Shown here in pieces: positions 9,635 through 19,554 of a stretch of DNA of 64,000 nt (the stretch's first letter is position 1; the number at the start of each line of letters is the position of its first letter). The stretch covers positions 197,571 through 261,570 of the forward strand of contig CAVWMH010000007.1 in assembly GCA_963756075.1 (NCBI GenBank), written 5' to 3'. The position numbers and the translations under genes are program-made. Origin of the DNA: Candidatus Dormiibacterota bacterium (GTDB taxonomy: Bacteria; Chloroflexota; Dormibacteria; Aeolococcales; Aeolococcaceae). A model generated the notes under the pieces. The model searched no databases and was not told where the DNA came from. It saw only the letters and a program-made list of their open reading frames with translations.

Positions 9635-11668
9635 GTGCCCGACCTCGAGTTGCTCGCGCCCTTCAAACCCGCCGGGGATCAGCCCGCGGCCATCACGGCG
9701 CTCAATCGCGGGCTGACCGAGGGTCAGCGCGAGCAGATCCTGCTCGGGGTGACCGGCTCGGGCAAGACCTTCACCATCGCCAACGTGATCGCGGAGCAGC
9801 AGCGCCCGACGCTCGTGCTCTCGCCGAACAAGACGCTCGCCGCGCAGCTCTGGGCGGAGTTCCGCGAGTTCTTCCCCAAGAACGCGGTGGAGTATTTCGT
9901 CTCCTACTACGACTTCTACCAGCCGGAGGCGTACATCCCGCGAACCGACACGTACATCGAGAAGGATTCGTCGCGCAACGACGAGATCGACCGGCTGCGC
10001 AACAGCGCAACCCGGGCGCTGCTGACCCGCCGCGACGTGGTGGTGGTCGCATCGATCTCCTGCATCTACGGCATCGGATCGCCGGAGAACTACCTGGGGG
10101 AGTCGATCACGGTGAAGCGCGGAGAGTCGTGGCGCCGGGACATTCTCCTGCGCAAACTCTCCGATCTGCAGTACGCGCGCAACGACATGGACTTCGGACG
10201 CACGCGGTTCCGCGTGCGAGGCGACGTCGTCGATGTTCAACCCGCATACGAGGAGATCGCCACCCGGATCGAGTTCATGGGTGACACCATCGAGTCGATC
10301 AAGGACTTCGACGCGCTCACCGGCGAGATCCTCACCATGCGCGACGAGCTGACGGTGTTCCCCGCCACGCACTACGTGACCCCGCAGCAGCAGATGGAGC
10401 GTGCGCTCGTCTCCATCGAGGCAGAGCTGGAGGATCGCGTGAAGCTGCTGGAAACGCGGGGACGGTTGCTCGAAGCTCAGCGGTTGCGTCAGCGCACCAA
10501 CTTCGACATGGAGATGATGCGCGAGACAGGGACCTGCGCCGGGATCGAGAACTACTCGCGTCACCTCAGCAATCGCGCCGAGGGACAACGCCCGCACTGC
10601 CTGCTCGACTTCCTGCCGGACGATGCGCTGCTCATCGTCGATGAATCGCACGTCGCGGTTCCTCAGATCGACGGCATGAACAAGGGGGATCGCGCACGCA
10701 AGATTCCCCTGGTGGAGTATGGGTTTCGGCTGCCTTCTGCGCTCGACAACCGGCCGCTGACGTTCGCCGAATGGGACTCGATGATCGGCCAGATCATCTA
10801 CGTGAGCGCCACGCCGGGCCCGTACGAGGAGGGGCGCGCGACCCAGGTGGTGGAACAGATCATCCGGCCGACCGGCCTCGTGGATCCGACCATCGAGGTG
10901 AAGGAGTCACACGGCCAGATCGACGACCTCATCGCCCAGATGCGACGTCGCATCGAGCGTCACGAGCGCTGCCTCATCACCACGCTGACCAAGAAGATGG
11001 CCGAGGATCTGACCGACTACCTGCGTGAGGCGGGGATCAAGGTGCGATATCTGCACAGCGATATCGACACGCTGGAACGCGTCGAGATCATCCGCGACCT
11101 GCGGCTCGGCGTCTTCGACGTGCTGGTGGGGATCAACCTCCTGCGCGAGGGCCTCGACCTTCCCGAGGTGTCGTTCATCGGGATCCTCGACGCTGACAAG
11201 GAGGGGTACCTCCGCGGCTACCGGTCGCTGATCCAGACCGTCGGACGGGCGGCGCGCAACGTGTTCGGGCACGTGGTCATGTACGCTGATCGGACGTCGG
11301 ACGCCATGGAGAAGGCGATCGCCGAGACTGACCGGCGCCGCGCCATCCAGGTCACGTACAACACCGAGCACGACATCACGCCGCTGTCGATCGTCAAGGC
11401 CGTGTACCAGATGGAGTCGCATCGCGACCAGCAGTCGCTCCGCGCCGCGGCGTTCCAGGAGGCGTCCGGGTTGCCACCTGACGAGGTGCTCCGGCTGGCC
11501 AAGGACGTGGAGAAGGAGATGCTCCGCGCCGCTCGTGACCTCGAGTTCGAGCGCGCCGCGGAGTTGCGCGATCGCCTGGTCGAGCTGCGCCGACGCATCG
11601 AAGGTGAGGAGGAGCCGGAGCCTGCCCAGACCCACCGCGGCAGGGGGCGTCCGGTCCACTCCCGATAG
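9635..11668 (+). CDS. uvrB: Excinuclease ABC subunit B
   Basis: 677 aa. [10 protein letters not shown] Walker A and [15 protein letters not shown] beta-hairpin. The C-terminal UvrB/UvrC interaction region is present. Confidence 0.95.
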   Translation: MPDLELLAPFKPAGDQPAAITALNRGLTEGQREQILLGVTGSGKTFTIANVIAEQQRPTLVLSPNKTLAAQLWAEFREFFPKNAVEYFVSYYDFYQPEAYIPRTDTYIEKDSSRNDEIDRLRNSATRALLTRRDVVVVASISCIYGIGSPENYLGESITVKRGESWRRDILLRKLSDLQYARNDMDFGRTRFRVRGDVVDVQPAYEEIATRIEFMGDTIESIKDFDALTGEILTMRDELTVFPATHYVTPQQQMERALVSIEAELEDRVKLLETRGRLLEAQRLRQRTNFDMEMMRETGTCAGIENYSRHLSNRAEGQRPHCLLDFLPDDALLIVDESHVAVPQIDGMNKGDRARKIPLVEYGFRLPSALDNRPLTFAEWDSMIGQIIYVSATPGPYEEGRATQVVEQIIRPTGLVDPTIEVKESHGQIDDLIAQMRRRIERHERCLITTLTKKMAEDLTDYLREAGIKVRYLHSDIDTLERVEIIRDLRLGVFDVLVGINLLREGLDLPEVSFIGILDADKEGYLRGYRSLIQTVGRAARNVFGHVVMYADRTSDAMEKAIAETDRRRAIQVTYNTEHDITPLSIVKAVYQMESHRDQQSLRAAAFQEASGLPPDEVLRLAKDVEKEMLRAARDLEFERAAELRDRLVELRRRIEGEEEPEPAQTHRGRGRPVHSR

Positions 11669-11743
11669 ACGGCGGCTAGCGCTGTCGCGCGCGAACATAC
11701 TCGCTTGACTTAGCGTACATCTGTTCGGTAGGATTCATCGCCC

Positions 11744-13111
11744 ATGGCCACCGAGTTGCAGCGCGCTGTCCACCGACTGCACTACATCTGCGCCGAGTGC
11801 GGAGCCGAGGCGCCGAAGTGGCAGGGCCGGTGCCCGGCATGCGCAGCCTGGAACAGCCTGAGCGAGGATGTGGTACGGGTGGCCGGGCGCAAGCCTGCGC
11901 TGTCGACCGCGGCCGGGACCACGACGGCGATGGAGGCCGTCATGGCTGCGCCGGCCCGGGTTCAGGCCACCGGTTCGCTCGAAGTTGACCGCGTCCTGGG
12001 AGGAGGGATCGTTCCCGGCAGCGTCGTGCTGCTCGGTGGTGACCCTGGCATCGGGAAATCCACCATCGCGCTGCAGATGTCGCACAGCTGCGGCGATGAG
12101 GTGTCACCGGCGCTCTACTGCACCGGCGAGGAGTCGCTTGAGCAGCTTGCCCTGCGAGCTCGGCGGCTTGGGTGTACCGGTGCCAGGGTTCGCCTGCTCA
12201 TCGAATCCGATATCGACACCGTGGTCGCGACCATCGAGGCGGAGCGCCCGTCCCTGGCGGTGGTCGATTCCGTGCAAACCCTGCGCGACGCGGCGACCCC
12301 CGGACCCCCTGGAAGCGTCTCCCAGGTTCGCGCCGCGGTCCTGCGCATGAGTGAAGTTGCGAAGGCCACCGGCGTGCCCGTGCTCCTCGTCGGGCATGTC
12401 ACCAAGGAGGGGGCGATCGCCGGCCCGCGGACGCTGGAGCACATGGTCGACGTGGTCCTGTATCTCGAGGGGGAGCGGTTGGGCGAGCATCGGATGCTGC
12501 GCGGCATCAAGAACCGCTTCGGGGCGACAGGCGAGGTGGGCCTGCTCACCATGGAGCGCGATGGCATGCGCGACCTCGCCGCGCCGAGCCGGGGCATGCT
12601 CGACGCGGCGTCGCTCGGTGCTTCGGGCAGCGTGCTCACCGTCACGTGCGACGGGCTCCGGCCGATGGCGGTCGAGGTCCAGGCGCTGGCCGTTGCCTCG
12701 CGATTCGAGTTCCCGAGGAGGACGGCGTCCGGGCTCGACCTCAACCGCCTGCACCTGATGCTCGCGGTCCTGGCGAAGCGCGCCAACGTTGCCGTCGGGA
12801 AGCTGGATGTCTTCGTCAACGTCGCCGGCGGGATCCGCATCGCCGATCCGGGGACCGATCTCGCGGTCGCCCTCGCCATCGCCGGGTCCGCCGACGATCT
12901 GTCGATTACGCGCCACTGCGCGGTCATCGGCGAACTCGGCCTCGGTGGCGAGGTGCGTCGAGTGTCTCGGACCGAGGTCCGCCTTGCGGAAGCGGCGGCC
13001 GTCGGGATGGAGGGCGTGATCCTGCCCGAGAGCTACCGCGGACCGGTCCCCGGCGGCCTTCGGCCCCATCGGGTTCGCAACTTGATCGAGGCTGTTGCGC
13101 TACTCGGGTGA
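11744..13111 (+). CDS. radA: DNA repair protein RadA/Sms
   Basis: N-terminal zinc finger CAECGAEAPKWQGRCPACAAWNS, RecA-like GGDPGIGKST, and a Lon-like C-terminal domain. Confidence 0.95.
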   Translation: MATELQRAVHRLHYICAECGAEAPKWQGRCPACAAWNSLSEDVVRVAGRKPALSTAAGTTTAMEAVMAAPARVQATGSLEVDRVLGGGIVPGSVVLLGGDPGIGKSTIALQMSHSCGDEVSPALYCTGEESLEQLALRARRLGCTGARVRLLIESDIDTVVATIEAERPSLAVVDSVQTLRDAATPGPPGSVSQVRAAVLRMSEVAKATGVPVLLVGHVTKEGAIAGPRTLEHMVDVVLYLEGERLGEHRMLRGIKNRFGATGEVGLLTMERDGMRDLAAPSRGMLDAASLGASGSVLTVTCDGLRPMAVEVQALAVASRFEFPRRTASGLDLNRLHLMLAVLAKRANVAVGKLDVFVNVAGGIRIADPGTDLAVALAIAGSADDLSITRHCAVIGELGLGGEVRRVSRTEVRLAEAAAVGMEGVILPESYRGPVPGGLRPHRVRNLIEAVALLG

Positions 13112-13164
13112 CCGTCGTGTCGCGCCGCCTTTCGGTGCGGAGATCGTGTGGTTCAATCGCTGAG

Positions 13165-14319
13165 ATGCACACCCATGCCGATCGGACCATCCGACGGGCG
13201 CGGAATGTCTCGCGAATCATCGGCGCCGGGGTCGGTTTCGTCTTCGGCGTGCTCTACGGCGTCTTCATCCTCTCCGGCACCCCGGGCGTGCTGACCCAGA
13301 ACACCACCACCGCCGGAGCCGCCCTGCTCGCGGCAGGCGCCGCGGGAGCCGCTTCGCTCGCGCTGGCGGCACCGCTGCTCAGCATCGAGCCGTACCTGTG
13401 GCTGGAGCGGAACCTCGAAGAGGCCCCGCCAGGGCAGCTCGTCGGCGCCATGATCGGCCTCATCGCCGCGCTGCTGATCGCGACCATGCTCGCCGTCCTC
13501 CTCAACCCGCTGCCGTACGGCCTCGGGGTGCTGCTGTCGCTCGGGCTGGCGACCGTCCTCGTCTACGTCGGCGTGCGCACCGGTAGCCGCCGAAAGGACG
13601 CGCTCGGCGTGGTCTTCGGCCGCAACACACCGGTGAACATCGACGAGGGGGGCCCGGCGCCGCTCGACGGCCAGCCGGTCATCGTCGACACCAGTGTCCT
13701 GATTGACGGCCGCATCGTCGACGTCGCAGCCGCCGGGTTCGTCCCGGGCCGCCTGCTCATCCCCGGGTTCGTGCTCGAGGAGCTCCAGCGCGTCGCGGAT
13801 TCCGCCGACCCGTTCCGCCGCCAGAAGGGGCGTCGCGGCCTGGGCGTCGTCGACGCCCTCCAGAAGTCGGATGAGGTCGTCTGCGAGCTGGTCGATCTCG
13901 ACTTTCCCGGCACGCCGGACGTGGATGCCCGGCTCGTCAAGCTCGCCCGAGCCCGTGGCGCCGCGCTCATGACCCAGGACTACAACCTCAACCGCCTCGC
14001 CCAGATCGAAGGCGTGCGCGTGCTCAACCTCAACGACCTCGCCAACGCGGTCAAGCCGATCGTCGGCGCCGGCGAGAGCATGGCGATCACCATCGTCAAG
14101 GAGGGGAAGGAGCCCCACCAGGGCGTGGGCTACTTCGAGGACGGCACCATGGTGGTCGTGGAGAACGGGAGCAGCCGTGTTGATGAGACCGTGACGGTCA
14201 CCGTCACCACCGTGCTCCAGACCACTGCCGGCAGGATGATCTTCGCAACGCTCTCCGCCGACGACTCGACCAAGCCGCGGGTGCTCCGGCCGGTTCGCGC
14301 CAAGGTCGCACAGCGCTGA
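13165..14319 (+). CDS. PIN/TRAM domain membrane protein (YacL-like)
   Basis: N-terminal TM helices, PIN domain (PVIVDTSVLIDGRI...), and C-terminal TRAM-like beta region (ITIVKEGKEPHQGVGYFEDGTMVVVENG). Its position after radA is conserved. The upstream part of ORF 12646..14319 overlaps radA and is not coding. Confidence 0.8.
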   Translation: MHTHADRTIRRARNVSRIIGAGVGFVFGVLYGVFILSGTPGVLTQNTTTAGAALLAAGAAGAASLALAAPLLSIEPYLWLERNLEEAPPGQLVGAMIGLIAALLIATMLAVLLNPLPYGLGVLLSLGLATVLVYVGVRTGSRRKDALGVVFGRNTPVNIDEGGPAPLDGQPVIVDTSVLIDGRIVDVAAAGFVPGRLLIPGFVLEELQRVADSADPFRRQKGRRGLGVVDALQKSDEVVCELVDLDFPGTPDVDARLVKLARARGAALMTQDYNLNRLAQIEGVRVLNLNDLANAVKPIVGAGESMAITIVKEGKEPHQGVGYFEDGTMVVVENGSSRVDETVTVTVTTVLQTTAGRMIFATLSADDSTKPRVLRPVRAKVAQR

Positions 14320-14985
14320 CCAGCGCGCTCATCGTCCCCGCCTTCGGCCGCGGCGTGCGGACGGGCGAGGACAAGCTCTGGGCGGTTGTCTCCGGGCGGC
14401 CGGTGCTCGCGATCACGCTGGAGTCCATCGCAGCGGCGGGGTGCTTCGACCTCGTGGTCATTGCCGCCCCGGTCGCTCGCTGGGACGCCATCCGCGCCAT
14501 CGCGCGAGCATCAGCTGGTCAGTGTCGCGCTCCTCGAGGGCGGTGAGCGCCGTCAGGACAGCGTCGCCCTCGCCCTCGAGCGGTGCGACGGCCACCCTTG
14601 GATCTCGGTCCACGACGCCGCACGCCCGCTCACCCCGCCGGACGTTTTCCGCGCGGTGCTCGACGCGGCCCGTGCGGATGGAGCAGCGACCGCAGGGGTA
14701 CCCTGCGTGGACACTGTGAAGCAGGTGCAGCACGGCCGGGTTGCGGCCACCCTCGACCGCTCCTCGATCATTGCCGCGCAGACGCCCCAGTCATTCGGCG
14801 CCGATCTCCTGCGCCGCGCACACCTGAACGCGGTGGCTCGCGGGATCAATGCCGGTGACGATGCCGCGCTCGTCGAGGCGCTGGGCGAACCCGTCACGGT
14901 GGTGCCCGGCGACCACCGGAACTTCAAGATCACCTTCCCGCAGGACCTCATCCTGCTCCGCGCACTCCTCGAGGAGGCTCGGTGA
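14316..14985 (+). CDS. ispD: 2-C-methyl-D-erythritol 4-phosphate cytidylyltransferase; apparent frameshift at ~14500-14508; start codon uncertain
   Basis: N-terminal half ALIVPAFGRGVRTGEDKLWAVVSGRPVLAITLESIAAAGCFDLVVIAAPVARWDAIRAIA is in one frame. The C-terminal half REHQLVSVALLEGGERRQDSVALALERC...ISVHDAARP...VPCVDTVKQV...AAQTPQSF is in the +1 frame. The shift falls in a gcgcgc dinucleotide run. Its stop overlaps the ispF start. Confidence 0.75.
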
Positions 14986-15461
14986 CCCTGCGAATCGGTC
15001 ATGGCATCGACGCGCACCGGTTCATTCCAGGGCGGCCATTGATGCTCGGAGGCGTCCTGGTCCCGTACAGCCGCGGCCTGCTCGGTCACTCCGACGGCGA
15101 CGCCATGGTGCATGCGCTCGTCGACGCGATCCTGGGTGCGTCAGGGCTCGGCGACATGGGCAAACACTTTCCGTCCAGCGACCCAAGGTGGAAGGACACC
15201 TCGGGGTGCGAGTTCCTGACAGTCGTTGCCGAGAAGCTCCGGGTGGAGGGCTGGAAGATCACCAGCGCTCACGTCATCGCGATCGCCGAGGAGCCGCGCC
15301 TCGCCGCGCACCTCGGATCCATGTCCGATGCCATGTCGACAGCGCTGGGCCTTGAACCAGGGACGATCGCCGTCGGCGCGACCACCACCGACGGCATGGG
15401 CTTCTCGGGCCGGAGCGAAGGGATCGCCGCGTCGGCGACGGTGCTGCTGGAACGGCGGTGA
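14982..15461 (+). CDS. ispF: 2-C-methyl-D-erythritol 2,4-cyclodiphosphate synthase
   Basis: IGHGIDAHRF...HSDGDAMVHAL...GDMGKHFPSSDPRWKD motifs. GTG start overlaps the ispD stop. Confidence 0.9.
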   Translation: MTLRIGHGIDAHRFIPGRPLMLGGVLVPYSRGLLGHSDGDAMVHALVDAILGASGLGDMGKHFPSSDPRWKDTSGCEFLTVVAEKLRVEGWKITSAHVIAIAEEPRLAAHLGSMSDAMSTALGLEPGTIAVGATTTDGMGFSGRSEGIAASATVLLERR

Positions 15462-16900
15462 CCCTCCAGCTGCACGACACGATGAGCCGTGAGCTCGTCG
15501 CGGTGGAGCCGATCGAGCCGGGCCACATCAGGATGTACACGTGCGGCCCAACCGTATGGAATCGAGTCCACATCGGCAATTTCCGGACGTTCATCTTCGA
15601 GGACGTCCTGCGTCGATGGCTCGACCGCAGGTTTGCGAACAACGTCACCCACGTGATGAACCTCACCGATGTCGACGACCGCATCATCAAGAACGCCGTC
15701 GCGCACGGCCACTCGCTCGATGAGGAGACCGCGCAATGGATCGCCGCGTTCGAGGAGGATCGCGACACCCTCGGCATCCGACCCGCGCATCACTATCCGC
15801 GCGCGACCGAGTACATCGAGCAGATGGTCGACCTCATCGAGCGTCTCGAGCACGCCGGCGCGGCATACCGGGCCGATGGCAGCTACTACTTCCACATCGC
15901 GGCGTTTCCGGCCTACGGCAAGCTGAGTGGCGCGAGCGCCGAAGGGCTCGTGTCCGGCGCGAGCGGCAGGATCGACGCCGACGACTACACCAAGGAAGAC
16001 GTCCGCGACTTCGCGCTCTGGAAGGCGGTGGGTCCCGATGAGATCGGTTGGGACACCCGCCTCGGCAGGGGACACCCTGGCTGGCACATCGAGTGCTCCG
16101 CGATGAGCATGGCCCTGCTCGGTGAGAGCTTCGACATCCACTGCGGCGGCGTCGACAACATCTTCCCGCATCACGAGAACGAGATCGCGCAGTCGGAGGC
16201 CGCGACCGGCAAGCGCTTCGTGCGCATCTGGTGCCACAGCCAGCATCTGCGCGTGAGTGGCGAGAAGATGGCCAAGCGGGCCGGTAACTTCGCCACTGTG
16301 CGCGAGGTCCTCGATGAGGGCGCAAGCGCGGCGTCACTTCGTTATCTCCTCGCGGCGCGAACCCATTACCGCAAGCCGTTGGAGTACTCGGACGAGCTGC
16401 TCGCCGACAGCAACGTGGCGGTGCAGCAACTCGTGGACTTTCAGACGCGCGTCGCCGGACTGCCGACCGTCGAAGACGCGGACAACGTTCGCGACGACGC
16501 GGTCCTCGCATCCGTCCGCGGGATGCGGATCGGTTTCGAGGAGGCGATGGACGACGACCTCAACGTCCCGGAGGCGATGGGCATCGTCTTCTCCGGATTG
16601 CGCGACGTGAATCGCGTGCTCGACACCGGAGCCGTGACCGCCGAGACCCAGCGCACGCTGCGGCATCTCCTCGACGAGATCGACGGAGTTCTCGGCGTAT
16701 TCGCGCTCGTCGCGCGCGATCGTCAGACGGCGCCGGATGCCCAGGAGCAGCAGTGGCTCGAGCAGCGCGCGGCGGCACGGGCTGCTCGCGATTTCGCGCA
16801 GTCCGATCAACTTCGGATCCAGCTCGCAAGTCGAGGCATCGAAGTCGAGGACACGCCCCAGGGTCAGCGCTGGAAGCGCATCTCGCCGCGCCGCGGCTGA
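15458..16900 (+). CDS. cysS: Cysteine--tRNA ligase
   Basis: YTCGPTVWNRVHIGN (HIGH motif) and KMAKRAGN (KMSKS motif). 480 aa. Confidence 0.95.
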   Translation: MTLQLHDTMSRELVAVEPIEPGHIRMYTCGPTVWNRVHIGNFRTFIFEDVLRRWLDRRFANNVTHVMNLTDVDDRIIKNAVAHGHSLDEETAQWIAAFEEDRDTLGIRPAHHYPRATEYIEQMVDLIERLEHAGAAYRADGSYYFHIAAFPAYGKLSGASAEGLVSGASGRIDADDYTKEDVRDFALWKAVGPDEIGWDTRLGRGHPGWHIECSAMSMALLGESFDIHCGGVDNIFPHHENEIAQSEAATGKRFVRIWCHSQHLRVSGEKMAKRAGNFATVREVLDEGASAASLRYLLAARTHYRKPLEYSDELLADSNVAVQQLVDFQTRVAGLPTVEDADNVRDDAVLASVRGMRIGFEEAMDDDLNVPEAMGIVFSGLRDVNRVLDTGAVTAETQRTLRHLLDEIDGVLGVFALVARDRQTAPDAQEQQWLEQRAAARAARDFAQSDQLRIQLASRGIEVEDTPQGQRWKRISPRRG

Positions 16901-16904
16901 CCGC

Positions 16905-17639
16905 GTGGACATTCTCTACGGGCGCAACCCGGTGCTGGAAGCTCTTCGGTCGGGCCGCCGTGCGCGCAAGATCGTGGTTGCGGCCGCGATCCGTCCCGAG
17001 GCGCGTCTCACCGAGATCCTCGAGCATGCCGAGGCGCGGGACATCCTCGTGGAGGAGGTGTCGCGACAGCGCCTCGATGACATCGCCCACACCGAGCATC
17101 ACCAGGGCGTGGCAGGGTACTTCCACGCACGCGCAGCGCTCACGATCCACGACCTGATCGACCAGGTGCGCCCGCCCGCGCTGCTCGTGGTGCTCGACGG
17201 CATACAGGATCCTCAGAACGTCGGCGCGATCGCGCGCAGCGCCGAAGCGTGTGGCGCGGACGGCATCGTCGTGCCCCGCCACCACGCGGCACCGCTCACC
17301 GCAGCGGCGGTGAAAGCGTCGGCGGGCGCGACCGAGCATCTCCCGATGGTGACGGTGCCCAACCTCGCCCAGGCGCTCGAGGTCATCGGCGCGGCGGGCA
17401 TCTGGCGTGTCGGCCTCGACGCCGACGCTCGGGATCGGTACGACAGTGTCGATCTCTCTGGACCAGCAGCGATCGTCGTCGGAGCAGAGGGCGCGGGCAT
17501 GCGACGGCTGACCCGCGAGCACTGCGACGCGCTCGTGTCCATACCGATGATGGGGCACGTCGCGTCACTCAACGCGGGGGCGGCAGCCGCGGTGCTGCTG
17601 TTCGAGGTGCAACGTCAGCGCGGATTCGCGCCGCGCTGA
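16905..17639 (+). CDS. rlmB: 23S rRNA (guanosine-2'-O)-methyltransferase RlmB (SpoU/TrmH family)
   Basis: LYGRNPVLEAL N-terminal substrate-binding domain, SpoU motifs LVVLDGIQDPQNVGAIARSA and GAEGAGM...SLNAGAAAAVLLFE. GTG start 5 nt after the cysS stop. Confidence 0.85.
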   Translation: MDILYGRNPVLEALRSGRRARKIVVAAAIRPEARLTEILEHAEARDILVEEVSRQRLDDIAHTEHHQGVAGYFHARAALTIHDLIDQVRPPALLVVLDGIQDPQNVGAIARSAEACGADGIVVPRHHAAPLTAAAVKASAGATEHLPMVTVPNLAQALEVIGAAGIWRVGLDADARDRYDSVDLSGPAAIVVGAEGAGMRRLTREHCDALVSIPMMGHVASLNAGAAAAVLLFEVQRQRGFAPR

Positions 17640-17655
17640 GGAGAGCACCCACACG

Positions 17656-18189
17656 ATGCAGGCGCTGATCGTCGACGGGTACAACATCATTCACGCGTGG
17701 CCTGCGTTGCACGCGACGTTGCGCGAGCGGGGACTTGAGGATGCGCGCCGTCACCTGGTGAGCATGCTCGCGGAGTACGCCGCGCAGACCGGCGTCGCGG
17801 TCACCGTCGTCTTCGACGCGCACGGACGGGCGGGCGCCATCCCTTCCACGGAGAAGCTCGATGGCGTCACCGTGCTCTTCGGGTCGAAGCGGGCAACAGC
17901 GGACCACGTGATCGAACGCGCCGCGTACCGCGCATCCCAGCGCGGTGAGGGCGCGGACGTCGTCGTCGCGACCGACGATCGCCTGGAGCGCGACGTCGTC
18001 GGGGCGATGGGCGTCGCGACCATGGGGGCGCGCGCCCTCGAGGCAGAGGTGGCCAGGGTGGCGGGCGGCGTTGGTGCCGAGACCAAGCGCATGCGCGAGG
18101 ACGGCCGGCGGCGCACCCGGCTCGAGGACGGGCTCGACCCGGAGATACGGCGCCGGCTCGAACAGATGCGTCGCGGCGAGGATGGCTAA
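17656..18189 (+). CDS. NYN-domain RNase-like protein (YacP family)
   Basis: MQALIVDGYNIIHAWP...VTVVFDAH...VLFGSKRATADHVIE. Position after rlmB is conserved. Confidence 0.8.
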   Translation: MQALIVDGYNIIHAWPALHATLRERGLEDARRHLVSMLAEYAAQTGVAVTVVFDAHGRAGAIPSTEKLDGVTVLFGSKRATADHVIERAAYRASQRGEGADVVVATDDRLERDVVGAMGVATMGARALEAEVARVAGGVGAETKRMREDGRRRTRLEDGLDPEIRRRLEQMRRGEDG

Positions 18190-18297
18190 GCGCTGGCTTC
18201 GCTCAGGCGTCCGCTAGGCTAGCGGCAGCATGCTGGACACGCGCGTCTCTGCTGCTGGCTCTCGCACCGTCAGCGCCGCACGCCCATCCGGGCCGCC

Positions 18298-19554
18298 ATG
18301 GCTGATCCTGGCCCGCGTCGAGTCGTCGTCACCGGAATGGGGAGCGTCTCGCCCGTGGGCAACAGCGCGTCCGAGAGCTGGGAAACGCTCCGAGCGGGTC
18401 GAAGCGGCATCGCCGCGATCACGCATTTCGACGCCTCGCGCCTGCCGGTCCGCATCGCCGGTGAGGTCAAGGGGTTCGATGCGGCCGCCATCTTCGGTTC
18501 GAAGGAGGCGCGCCGCGGCACGCCGCATGTGCAGTTCGCCATGGCAGCCGCCCGCGAAGCCGCGCTCGACTCCGGTCTCGACATCGCCGCCGAGTCGCCC
18601 GACATCGGCGTCCTGATCGCGTCGGGCATCGGCGGGCTCGAGGTGATCGAGAACACCACCCGGGTGCTCGACGCCGAGGGCGCGCGCCGCGTGTCGCCGT
18701 TCGCCGCCGCGATGGCGCTCGTGGACATGGCGCCGGGGATGGTCTCGATCGATCTCGGCGCGCGAGGGCCGAACATGGCGGTGGTCAGCGCATGCGCCTC
18801 GGGCGCGGACGCGATCGGCCAGGCGGCCAGCTGGATCCGGCAGGGGGATGCGGTGGCCGTGCTCGCGGGTGGGACCGAGGCGGGCATCACGTCGACGGGG
18901 ATCGCGATGTTCGCTGCCGCTCGCGCACTGTCGACGCGCAACGACGATCCGGAACACGCGTCGCGGCCCTTCGAGCGCGACCGCGACGGCTTCGTGGCCG
19001 CTGAGGGATCTGCCGTGCTCGTGCTCGAGGAGCGCGAGCACGCGCTCGCCAGGGGCGCGACGATCCGCGCGGAGCTGATCGGGTACGCGGCGTCCGCAGA
19101 CGCGTACCACATCACGGCGCCGGAGCCGAGCGGCGATGGCGCGATCCGCTGCGTGCGCCGCGCGCTCGAGCGTGCCGGGGTGCGAGCGGAGGACATCGAC
19201 TACATCAACGCGCACGGCACCGGGACGCCACTCAACGACCTCGCCGAGACGCGCGCGCTCAAGCAGGTGTTCGGTGAATCTGCCTACTCTGTCCCGATCT
19301 CGTCGACCAAGTCGATGACCGGGCACATGCTCGGCGCCGCCGGGGCATTCGAGGCGATGGTCACCATCCTGGCGATGCGTGACGGGTTCGCGCCGCCGAC
19401 GGTGAACCTCGAGAACGCCGACCCGGAGTGCGACCTGGACTACGTGCCGAACGTCGGGCGAGCCGTGAGCGCACGTTTCGCGATGACCACGTCCTTCGGT
19501 TTCGGCGGCCACAACGCCTGCCTGGTGTTCGCGGGAGAATCGAAGCCGGCGTGA
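18298..19554 (+). CDS. fabF: 3-oxoacyl-[acyl-carrier-protein] synthase II
   Basis: VVVTGMGSVSPVG, active-site region AVVSACASG, HGTGTPLND and KSMTGHMLGAAG motifs. Confidence 0.9.
   Translation: MADPGPRRVVVTGMGSVSPVGNSASESWETLRAGRSGIAAITHFDASRLPVRIAGEVKGFDAAAIFGSKEARRGTPHVQFAMAAAREAALDSGLDIAAESPDIGVLIASGIGGLEVIENTTRVLDAEGARRVSPFAAAMALVDMAPGMVSIDLGARGPNMAVVSACASGADAIGQAASWIRQGDAVAVLAGGTEAGITSTGIAMFAAARALSTRNDDPEHASRPFERDRDGFVAAEGSAVLVLEEREHALARGATIRAELIGYAASADAYHITAPEPSGDGAIRCVRRALERAGVRAEDIDYINAHGTGTPLNDLAETRALKQVFGESAYSVPISSTKSMTGHMLGAAGAFEAMVTILAMRDGFAPPTVNLENADPECDLDYVPNVGRAVSARFAMTTSFGFGGHNACLVFAGESKPA

Noticed and set aside
9575-10651. 358-aa minus-strand ORF
   Set aside because: Antisense of uvrB.
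12104-13069. 321-aa minus-strand ORF, plus the first 170 codons of ORF 12646..14319
   Set aside because: Both overlap radA in other frames. Only the part from 13165 onward (TM helices + PIN + TRAM) is protein-like.
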